From: Pecten maximus
Lineage: Eukaryota
Direction: 5' to 3'
Length of the DNA: 64,000 nt
Assembly (NCBI RefSeq): GCF_902652985.1
Contig: NC_047021.1
Location: 30,132,001 to 30,196,000, forward strand
The first letter of the stretch is position 1. The number at the start of each line of letters is the position of its first letter. Shown piece after piece: positions 1-11,358 of the stretch. The notes below the pieces were generated by a model, which was not told where the DNA came from, did no database searches, and saw only the letters and a program-made list of their open reading frames with translations. The position numbers were made by a program, and so were the translations under genes.

Positions 1-74
1 AAACTGATAATTCATTAACATTTCTTTAATGAAATTTAAAGAAAGTAGTCACTTTATATTTAAAATAATCTTAC

Positions 75-98
75 CATGATGCGGAGTTCTCGATCTCT
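75..98 (-). CDS. Candidate 24-nt phase 0-0 microexon (RDRELRIM)
   Basis: Minus strand: ACTAAC branch point, ttttctttcttctcacc tract, atacag|AGAGATCGAGAACTCCGCATCATG|gtaaga. Confidence 0.7.
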
Positions 99-829
99 CT
101 GTATCACACATAAATGGTGAGAAGAAAGAAAACCGGTTAGTAAAATAAACACTGCAAACATCAAACCAACTGGTCATGGGGACAAACTCAGATGTAAATA
201 CACCAAGTCAGGTAAAAGGTCACGAGGTCAACCGAAAAAGGTCACAAGAAAATCAGGTAATCAAAATTACCATGCAAGAAACTGCAATTCACTTTTCTGT
301 TGATGTTTTTATCAACATTTTTACTTTGTTTAAAATCATAATATAATGCAAAATTTCTTAATTTCTTCTCGATATAATTGCTTTCCAAGAAGCGTTCTCA
401 TTGGTGTATTTAAAAAAAAATAAAAAAAATTCTAAAAGAACATTTCGTTACAATTCCAAAAAAATTCTTTGAATTTTACATTAAAAGGTTCAATTACAAT
501 ATAACAATACATACAACCAAATACCTTTAACCTAATGAGAATTATATTTTCAAAACTTAAAATACAACAACAGTGACTGGTGTATTTACATCTGAGGTTG
601 GTCAATGACATGTAGATAATCTTCCAGGAAGATATGTTAATGATGAAGTGGATCCTAGATAGGGAAAATCCCAGATGTGCCAGTGGATGAATGGATTGTT
701 GGTAGATTGGGGCAGTGGTTTTGTTGTGGTTATTACAAGATTATTGATAGATTGAAATGTTGATTTGCAGGGGTTATCACAGGAATTTTGATAGACTGGA
801 GAAGTGGATTTGCTGGGATTATTGCAGAG

Positions 830-2380
830 TTGTTGGTGGATTGTGATGGGATTATCGCAGGATTATTAGTGGATTGTCATGGAATAATCTCCGATTTGTA
901 GGTGGATTGTGATTAGATTATAACAGGATTGTGATGGGATTATCTCTGGATTGTTGGTGGATTGTGATTGGATAATCTCTGGATTGTTGATGGATCATGA
1001 TGGGATTATCTCTGGATTGTGATTGGATTATCTCTGGATTGTTGGTGGATTGTGATGGGATTATCTCAGTTTTGTTGGTGGATTGTGATGGGATTATCTC
1101 AGGATTGTTGGATTGTGATGGGATTATCTCAGGATTGTTGGTGGATTGTGATGGGATTATCTCAGGATTGTTTGTGGATCATGATGGGTTTATCTCAGTA
1201 TTGTTGGTGGATTGTGATGAGATTATCTCTGGATTGTTGGTGGATTGTGATGGCGTTATTACAGGATTGTTGGTGGATTGTGATGGGATTATCTCAGGAT
1301 TGTTGGTGGATTGTGATGAGATTATCTCTGGATTGTTTGGTGGATTCGGTGGGATTATCTCAGTATTGTTTGTGGATTGTGATGGGATTATCTCAGGATT
1401 GCTGGTGGATTCGTGATGGGATTATCTCAGTATTGTTTGTGGATTGTGATGGGATTATCTCAGGATTGCTGGTGGATCGTGATGGGATTATCTCAGTATT
1501 GTTTGTGGATTGTGATGGGATTATCTCAGGATTGTTTGTGGATTGTGATGGGATTATCTCAGGATTGCTGGTGGATCGTGATGGGATTATCTCAGTATTG
1601 TTTGTGGATTGTGATGGGATTATCTATGGATTGTTGGTGGATTGTGATGCGATTATCTCAGTATTGTTTGTGGATTGTGATGGGATTATCTCAGGATTGT
1701 TGGTGGATTGTGATGGGATTATCTCTGGATTGTTGGTGGATCATGATGGGATTATCTCTGGATTGCTGGTGGATCGTGATGGGATTATCTCTGGATTGTT
1801 GGTGGATTGTGATGGGATTATCTCAGTATTGTTGGTGGATTGTGATGGGATTATCTCAGGATTGTTGGTGGATTGTGATGGGATTATCTCTGGATTGTTG
1901 GTGGATTGTGATGAGATTGTCTCTGGATTGTTTGTGGATTGTGATGGGATTATCTCAGGATTGTTGGTGGATTGTGATGGGATTATCTCAGTATTGTTGG
2001 TGGATTGTGATGGGATTATCTCAGGATTGTTGGTGGATTGTGATGGGATTATCTCAGGATTGTTGGTGGATTGTGATGGGATTATCTCAGGATTGTTGGT
2101 GGATTGTGATGGGATTATCTCTGGATTGTTGGTAGATTGTGATGGGATTATCTCAGGATTGTTGGTGGATTGTGATGGCGTTATTACAGGATTTTTGGTG
2201 GATTGTGATGGGATTATCGCAGGATTGTTGGTGGATTGTGATGGCGTTATTACAGGATTTTTGGTGGATTGTGATGGGATTATCTCTGGATTATTGGTGG
2301 ATTGTAATATGATTATCTCAGTACTATTGGATTGTGATGGGATTATCTCAGGATTGTTTGTGAATTGTGACGGGATTATA
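830..2380. repeat. 33-nt tandem repeat (ggattgtgatgggattatctcaggattgttggt)n
   Basis: Direct periodicity; produces the VDCDGIISGLL pseudo-ORFs. Confidence 0.95.
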
Positions 2381-2936
2381 CATATATATATTTATTTCTT
2401 AAATGGTCTGCAAGATGGGACAGAGTTTGTAATTTCAAGTGTAAGGAATACAGAAAATCGTGTATACCATAGGCATCCTATATGGTATGAATCTGATAAG
2501 GTGGAGAAACGAGGGATATGGCATATATAAGGATGGTAAAACACATCTTCCTGGAAACTCAAATTAAGCTGAGTATACAGACTGGTAAAATATCAGGACA
2601 CACAAATTAAATATGGAATAAGATTAACAGTGAATATTTAAACCTGGGATGTCATGTACATTATCTATGTTACTGAATTAGAATTAATAAGTTTCAAATC
2701 CCTGCACAGACCATTGAAAGTCATTTGTTGCCATATGGTTAAACCAAAGTTTCATTTCATTTTTATAGAAATTTTGAAATCAGAGTGATTTTGATAGATT
2801 ATTAGAGTTTATTCTAAAGCAATCAAATAAATGTGGTGTCAACTTTTCAACAAATACTGTATTCACTCCTAGTACTGTTAGACTTCCACTTAAATGACAT
2901 CAGTAAATGATTACGAAAAAGAACATTTCATAATAC

Positions 2937-2948
2937 CATAGGGTCTCT
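2937..2948 (-). CDS. Candidate 12-nt phase 0-0 microexon (RDPM)
   Basis: ttccaaacag|AGAGACCCTATG|gtatta; splice signals are only moderate. Confidence 0.35.
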
Positions 2949-5637
2949 CTGTTTGGAATTGACATCACAGGTTAAATAATTCAACACATACAGACGTCCA
3001 CATTTGATTTAGCAAAAGGATTAGAAAAATGGAAAAAAATAACTTTGATATCAGAATTAAAATGAATCAACAGTCTAGTTGATATGAACCATAAGACGGA
3101 AAATTAGGACAATTTTTGGACACTTTTGTGATATTTTACACAGCCTTTTTAAAAAGTATTTTACCCACACCTTGATTAAATTCATCATTTTTAATTACAA
3201 GGAAGGTATGGGTAAGATACTATAACTCATAACTTTATCAATGTCTGCAGTTTATACACAAAATGGCTGTAATTCTACGGCAGCACACACTGTACTTCTT
3301 ATCTATTTAGCTTAAAGCTGGCACTAACAGGTATGGCACGCCAAACTTATATATTCTTCAAAATACCATGAAATGATTTTTGACTATTATAAATGCATAT
3401 CTACATGTAATATACCTACAAAACAAATGCAAATCAAATGAATTGCTGTTATTTTGATAATCAATAAAATTTCTCTGTCATAAGAAATGTCTTCTAAATG
3501 AATTCTAAATATTTATGTAAAACATTAATCCTAAAGACAGGCAAAAGAAAAGTTTTCTGATTAAGTAATTGAAGCTACATGTATGGTGTATTAAGGAATT
3601 GAAGCTACATGTATGGTGTAGAACTAACGTAAGAAAGAAATTCTGAATATACACTTAATCTATGACTGATATACCATTTTTATCTTTTGTCTAAGAGATA
3701 AATGAACTAATTTTACTTTCTTATTTAAATAATTCCAGATTTTCACTGAAGTATAATTCCAACCATTCTTTGAAGAAAGTAATAAACAATTTGAACAAAA
3801 TCATCACATCTGAATTGAACTCACATGAAAATTTTTTTTATATTTAAGATAAAATATCTTTCATTTAAATATAAATTCTTTCAACTGAATTCAGAGTTGA
3901 TGTTTTAGCAGTAAGGATTGAAAATTTTTAAAAATGAATTTTGATTTCAAATAAATATAAAATTACCATGGTTATTTAGAATGAAAAATTACTGGAACAT
4001 TGTAAAATTGAACATGAAGGTTTAAAATGAGAAACAAATAAGAAGTTAGGCAAGGTATTTTAGGAAGGAGAATCGAGGTTACAGATTTACAGGGTTACTA
4101 CAAAATAATGGTAGACAGATTGAGAACAACCTAGCTACTCCATTTTAACTCTCTGTTTACAGAAATATATCTAAAGTGCACCCTGGTCCAACATGCTGCT
4201 CATCATGCACATGCAATTTCTACAAGAACGGTTTGTTATTTTTTAACTATGTTAGTTGTACTTTTTCCCCAAGGCATATGCAAATTGCTGACATGCAAAC
4301 CAAGAAAGTGATATAAAAGAACACTAAAGAACTAATTAATTACCAACAGGTTATTCTAACTCATTTAGTAGCACAAAATGGCTTCATTCTTATTTTACAA
4401 ACAGCATCTATAGCATAATACATTATGGTTGATTAAGAATTACTTAATTAAACAATTTTGGCACAATAATTTTCTATGAAAATTAAGAAAAATTCAATAA
4501 TTTTAAATGGCATCATCTGTCAACAGGACAGCAGTTATTAAGATCTTCCCATATTTATCCAGCGATTAGCCAAAGTCTTAATAATAGTAATAAACCTGCC
4601 CATATAGTATAATTGCCAATGGAAGCAATTTGATTGTCCTGTAATAAGCGGACGCCCATATAATATAAAAAGATCTGTAGAAATACCAATGGAAATGATT
4701 TTGTTGTCCAGTAATAAGCCCACTCTATCATCGTGCTTATTGCAGGATAAATACAAAGAGAAAAATCTGTTTAGATAGCTTATCATAGACGTCTCATTGA
4801 ACAGAATTCCACCTTTGTCAATATCAGGTGTTTAACCCATTAAATTAACACAACATTAACAGAATCATGAAATAAAACTGCAACTCTATTATAACTTTTG
4901 TATAACACCTATGCTGTATAAACCTTTTCTTCCTAATTTCGTGCTGGAAATTACTTTGTGGATTCTGAGTGAAGATTTATTATAGTGACATAAAATGTGC
5001 TCAAGGATGATATATATTTCCTTCAGGTATATGAATTTGTAACATACAATAATATGTAAAATCCATGCTGAGCCTTTTAAAAATGAAAACTCAAACGTTT
5101 AAATAATAAAAAAGGAACACATGCACAAATTCCAGTAGAAATGTAAATCCGTCATTTTTTTCAATGCAACTTTGAAAATAAGTAATACTTTCACTTATTT
5201 ACCAGAGAAACAATTATGCAGATTATCTCCACCAGCAGTATAATACAGTACTATATCTCTAAATCAGATTTGTGAATCTTGATAATCCTGACTAGAAATC
5301 CAGAAATAACTGGCAGTATCTACAGCTGAACGGAATTCAGGAAAAGATAACTCTAAGAATATTTTTTAGCATTAATAGTTGACTACTCTAATTAATTTTA
5401 CGAGAAAGTTGTGAAACAATAGTGTTGATTTGATTCTGTATAAATATATATGAAAGAGCTACGAAACTGTATTAAGTAAATAGAATAATTTTCTCTTCAT
5501 TTCTACATCTCCACATTTCTACATGGTATGTTTTAGTTGTTATTATAAACCATACAATTGCATGCATATAAGTCCCATGGCTGTGGATGTATACACAAGA
5601 TGATATGACAAGTGACTTGTGTATACCGTTGTCTTAC

Positions 5638-5673
5638 CATCTCTTGAGTGGCTAAAACACTCTTGGGTTTTTC
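5638..5673 (-). CDS. Candidate 36-nt phase 0-0 microexon (EKPKSVLATQEM)
   Basis: ttttggtttgtcattaccttttgcaaacataag|GAAAAACCC...CAAGAGATG|gtaaga; AAG acceptor, open in frame. Confidence 0.55.
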
Positions 5674-6727
5674 CTTATGTTTGCAAAAGGTAATGACAAA
5701 CCAAAATTAATCAAACATAACATAAGCATTGATTTCGTATATGATGTAATACCATAATTATATGTATGAATATATTTGTTATAATGATGACCTAAAATTG
5801 AAAAATATTAATTGAATCTTTTTAATGCAGTTGAAAAATTAACTATGTTTGAAAAAATCTTAATTTAACATCGTTTTAATGTAGTTGAAATATCAACCAT
5901 GTCATTAAATCTAAGTTTTCATCAGAAGCCAATTAAACCATGAAATAATCAATTCTATGAGTGATTTGTTCATTAAATATCTGGAAATGTTCAGTGAAAT
6001 GGTTAAAACTTTGACATGGTGGCTGACACTAAGATATAATCTAACACTATATGTGTTCTGAATTACATATATGAAGTTTAAATCAAATAAGTCAAAATTA
6101 CTTTGATTTATCAAAAAAAATAAGCTTTGCAGTAGAGCATTTAGTGAAGCGTGGTGATTATATAATTATTCGTAAGAACAACATGCTTTGTAACATGAGT
6201 GATTATGGAATACTGATATACATACACTGCATATAAATACTGGATTCGGTTGTGAAATTTAATATTTCATAAAACACATGACAATGTCATAAGTGGTAAA
6301 AATGTTGAACAATGATTTCAGCTGAAACAAGACATAACCTATACCACATGGTGCATTGTGGAATCAAAACTTCAAGGATAGAAGAGTTATTCCCCTTGAT
6401 ACATAATATTTTGTAACATTCGGAACACCTTGCAAAAATTTCATTATTTTCCATCAAAGTTGATTGCAACATCGAATCAGCCGAGGTGTTCTGAGCTTTA
6501 ATAAATATATTGTAAATTGAAGAGTTATCCCCCTTTATGTAACAAACCTTGTAAAAACTTTCGATATCAGCATTAGAAATATTTCTATCCTCATATCGAT
6601 TGTATGAGTGTATATAATCCATAAATTAGGATAAAAAAGAAAATTCCAGACTAGAACGTTACATGCTTTCTTTAGGCAGAACAAGACATTATTTAATCTC
6701 AAAGTGAATGATTCTTATAATAATATA

Positions 6728-6820
6728 TTCATGTGACCCATTCCAAAGTCATGTGACCCATTCCAAAGTCATGTGACTCATTCCAAAGTCATGTGACCCA
6801 TTCCAAAGTCATGTGACTGG
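6728..6820. repeat. 20-nt tandem repeat (tcatgtgacccattccaaag), about 4 copies
   Basis: Direct periodicity. Confidence 0.9.
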
Positions 6821-6948
6821 ATTTCATGCCTCATGTGACATGTAAAGTTGTGTAATTTCCAGTTGCCAAGCTTAAATGCATGACATATAACATTCAAATT
6901 GACAAGAAGTGCAACATTTCCGGTCATGTGACTAATATAACAGCTTAC

Positions 6949-7008
6949 CTTCTGTTTAACAGGCCGCTCCCCCATCAAACTGGGGCTCTGGGGCTTTTTT
7001 TTGTTGTC
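6949..7008 (-). CDS. Candidate 60-nt phase 0-0 small exon (DNKKKPQSPSLMGERPVKQK)
   Basis: ttacactttcgtaaaattag|GACAAC...CAGAAG|gtaagc; GC-richer than flanks, open in frame, strong donor. Confidence 0.65.
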
Positions 7009-8363
7009 CTAATTTTACGAAAGTGTAACACCCTGGTATCCATGATTGGAACTCACACAAGTATTTCATCAATTTAATTTCAACAACTAAACTTTATCAA
7101 TAATTTATCTCAAGATAATTCAAAAAGTTACATATTTTAAGCATTATTATTATCGTTGATAATTAAAATGTGTAAATAAAAGAATGCTGATCCCAAGTGT
7201 GTCTATCTAAAGAAACAAATTCTATCTAGAAATCTAAACGTATTTGACAGTAGAAGCTGAGTAGCTGTATATAGACTTGATGTTAAACAATAAGCTACAT
7301 CATGAATGACCTTTTTATTGAGACACTAAAACTTTGTGTACCCTCTTTAATTTGCACTCATCAAAATTTTAGAAATGGCATTTTGGTCTTAACTAGAGAA
7401 ATCCTATAAACAATACCGACCAACCTTTCAAATATAGACCATTCCAGATTTGTTAATCATGATAAAACAAACCTGGAAAAAACTATAGTTCAAAGATTGT
7501 ATAACAGAGGTCAAAGGGGGAATAGTTCAAAGGTCATGATGTAGACCTGTTACAAAAATTTGAACCAGACCAAATATAGGTGATGTTGATTTCAGTATGT
7601 TTATAATAAACCTCTCCATGCTGCCAAAGGTAATATATTCTGTCCTTAAGGTATTAATATTAGGAACAAAAATGACGTCCTCCGGAATGTTGGTCCATGT
7701 CTTGACAGAACGAAACGTAAAATAATTCTCTTAGAGAATGTTGTTTGACTGATATGGCATTATCTGATTTGAGTTTCCTTTTTTCTTCCCTTTGAAAAAA
7801 TATTTTCTCAACTTGCTACAATTTGATATACATTTTTAAAAACCAGGCTGTTCACTGCATGCCATAACTTTTCAGGACTTATATCAAGTTCAATCTAAAC
7901 CTTCAGGTCACTTAATCTGGATTGTTTAGGATAAACAAGTGCTGAAGTTTAAATTCAAACTTAATTAAAAAGTGATATTCACAGAGCAAACACTTTTTTT
8001 TTTTTATTTATGTCGGGAACAAGCAATTTCAAAGGTCAAAGGTCACAGAAATAAAGCAGATAAAATAAGAACTATTTATTCCATTAGCTGTATATTACAG
8101 TATGAAAAACAAAGCTTTCTTTCCCTGCATGCATAGGGAACAAGATGGTATTCATTATGTGCATTGTATGAAATCAAAATTATCTGACACCCACAACCAA
8201 TCTAGACTGCTAAAAGTTGGTATGAGGAAAGAGGACAAAGGTCTTCTGGCAGTTAATGAAAGGTCAGATGAAAGTAAAATGATGATTGAAGTTCATGACT
8301 GTACATCTCTAATACAGCAATGTTAAGTACTTGTTACTATAGCAACAAGTGTGTAGACATTAC

Positions 8364-8372
8364 CTGTAGATT
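8364..8372 (-). CDS. Candidate 9-nt phase 0-0 microexon (NLQ)
   Basis: About 50-nt AG-free U-rich tract, ttaccacag|AATCTACAG|gtaatg. Confidence 0.65.
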
Positions 8373-9384
8373 CTGTGGTAAAAAATAAACAAACATAACA
8401 AAGTAAATAAAACGAAGAAATAATCATATTTCTCCACTATGATTCCTAATTCATTAAATGGAAAAAAATATTTCCCATCATTTAATATAAAGATTGCTAT
8501 GGAAACTTGTATAATTAATTGTGCAAGGTTCAATTTTGAGCTGAAAATGCTGAAAAAACATCTACTCATATTCTTTGCACATCAAAATGTCCCACCTAAA
8601 CTGGATGTCTAGAAAACTGTTAAAAATAGCATTCCAAATAATGAATCAACTCTTATATCAAAAAGCAAGCTAAAAAAATCACACACAAAAATATAGAGAG
8701 AAGCAAAACAAATTCATAGCAGAACTGTATTATCATTTACAAAATTAATTCTTCAATTGTTGTTTTCCTTACATAAAATTATTTTTGCTGTAATTTTTTT
8801 GATGCGAAAAACATTCTGTATTAGCTTTATTTTTTTCCTAGCATTTGAATTTCAATATAATAAAATTTGAACCCTTTCAACAATTTCATTTTTTTTTTTA
8901 AATTTAAACACTGGTTCCCTGCATGTTTTACAATGTGTTTTTTACAATTCATTCCTATCATAAAATGTTAAGCAGTTTACAAGCATGTTTTTATCTGTTT
9001 AACTAAGGTCAGTGGGTTGATTGGTGGTCAATCATGCCAAGAGGAAAATTAAAAATATTTCTACATATAAATCATGCCAGGTTAATCATTCATGTTGATT
9101 TCTAGAAAAACCAATCTGTATTAAAAAACACACCATAAAAGGCTATCTCTTTGTAAAAACTAAACAATGACAAAACTTGATGTAAAATGATAAAGGTTTA
9201 TATGGAAATTAAATAATTAATTGTTAACTAGGTGTAAATATTTGTTATTGAAATCTACTTAGTTAATAATTAACTGAAAAATATACTTTGTCAATAATGA
9301 TAAAACAAGACCAAAATAGAAACATATGTCTTATCACAACACTCGAGGAAAAATAACAGATAAATTGAATAATTTCTCACATAA

Positions 9385-10765
9385 TGTAAATCATCTCCCT
9401 ACATGTCCCATATGTGATATGTGACAAACCTTCTCCCTACATGTCCCATATGTGATATGTGACAAATCATCTCCCTACATGTCCCATATGTGATATGTGA
9501 CAAACCATCTCCCTACATGTCCCATATGTGACAAACCATCTCCCTACATGTCCCATATGTGATGTGACAAACCATCTCCCTACATGTCCCATATGTGATG
9601 TGACAAACCATCTCCCTACATGTCCCATATGTGATGTGACAAACCATCTCCCTGCATGTCCCATATGTGACAAACCATCTCCCTGCATGTCCCATATGTG
9701 ATGTGACAAACCATTTCCCTACATGTCCCATATGTGATGTGACAAACCATCTCCCTACATGTCCTTCATGTGATGTGACAAACCATCTCCCTACATGTCC
9801 CATATGTGACAAACCATCTCTCTACATGTCCCATATGTGATGTAACAAACCATCTCCCTACATGTCCCATATGTGATATGTGACAAACCTTCTCCCTACA
9901 TGTCCCATATGTAATATGTGACAAACTATCTCCCTACATGTCCCATATGTGATGTGACAAATCATTTCCCTTCATGTCCCATATGTGATATGTGACAAAT
10001 CATCTTCCTACATGTCCCATATGTGACAAATCATCTCCCTACATGTCCCATATGTGATGTGACAAATCATCTCCCTACATGTCCCATATGTGATGTGACA
10101 AACCATCTCCCTACATGTCCCATATGTGACAAATCATCTCTCTACATGTCCCATATGTGATGTGACAAACCTTCTCCCTACATGTCCCATATGTGATGTG
10201 ACAAACCATCACCCTACATGTCCCATATGTGACAAACCATCTCCCTGCATGTCCCATATGTGATGTGAAAAACCATCTCCCTACATGTCCCATATGTGAT
10301 GTGACAAATCATCTCCCTACATGTCCCATATGTGATGTGACAAACCATCTCCCTACATGTCCCATATGTGATATGTGACAAATCATCTTCCTACATGTCC
10401 CATATGTGATGTGACAAACCTTCTCCCTACATGTCCCATATATGATATGTGACAAATCATCTCCCTACATGTCCCATATATGATATGTGACAAATCATCT
10501 CTCTACATGTCCCATATGTGATGTGACAAACCGTCTCCCTACATGTCCCATATGTGACAAATCATCTCCCTACATGTCCCATATGTGATGTGACAAATCA
10601 TCTCCCTACATGTCCCATATGTGATGTGACAAAACATCTCCCTACATGTCCCATATGTGATGTGACAAACCATCTCCCTACATGTCCCAAATGTGATATG
10701 TGACAAATCATCTTCCTACATGTCCCATATGTGATGTGACAAATCATCTCCCTACATGTCCTGTA
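9385..10765. repeat. 36-nt tandem repeat with 31/38-nt variants (caaaccatctccctacatgtcccatatgtgatgtga)n
   Basis: Direct periodicity. Confidence 0.95.
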
Positions 10766-11213
10766 TATGATATGTAGCCATACTAAGTTTGTTTCAATAT
10801 CTCCAGTTTGTATTTTTCTGAACTTAATCCAATGTGACATTAAAAAGCACAGTTGAGAATCATCATGTCATCCAGAAACTTGACTTCAAAAGAAGGCACA
10901 AAAACAAAAAATCAAATAACCAAAAACAAGATTTGTTTTAATGTGAGAAATTATTTCACCCATTTATGACAATGTTTAAACAAACTACATATAATTCTGA
11001 TGGTGTTGATCAATGGTTTTAATCTAAAATTTACCCTTGATCATCACAGATGAACTCAAAGTACTTTGAAAACACTATCAATGATGGGATAACTGTTAAT
11101 TCTAAATGATATATACATGTATATATGTAAAAACAAGCACCAAAAAAGATCACACAGCATATATATATATTCAGCCAATCAGAAGAGGCTTAACAAATGT
11201 TTTAGTGACCCAC

Positions 11214-11358
11214 CTTAGCTTTGTCGTCGATCTTGAATGGCTGGATGAGGCTACTCCAGGTATACCAGGAGCCGAACTGTTTTCGGATGTACACATGGTC
11301 ATATACTAGGCCCTTCTTAGGGATCATCAGTCCCCGTGAGAACTTGAGCTCCTTAGGC
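11214..11358 (-). CDS. DNAH3: Dynein HC exon ([21 protein letters not shown]...DDKAK), end of the AAA2 small domain
   Basis: caacag|G..AAG|gtgggt; 145 nt, phase 2-0. Confidence 0.9.

Noticed and set aside
997-2530. Overlapping 139/503/240-aa repetitive ORFs
   Set aside because: Artefacts of the 33-nt tandem repeat, open in several frames.
3311-3330. Plus-strand 20-nt AG..GT segment suggesting a nested antisense gene
   Set aside because: I found no chain of compatible plus-strand exons or recognisable protein.
7440-7472. Further 3n microexon candidates (this one, VCFIMINKSGM; also near 4344-4355 and 7311-7325)
   Set aside because: Weak donors or acceptors; such matches are expected by chance in AT-rich DNA.
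9385-10765. CRISPR-like 36-nt periodicity
   Set aside because: Head-to-tail repeats with no unique spacers, no cas genes and a eukaryotic intron context.
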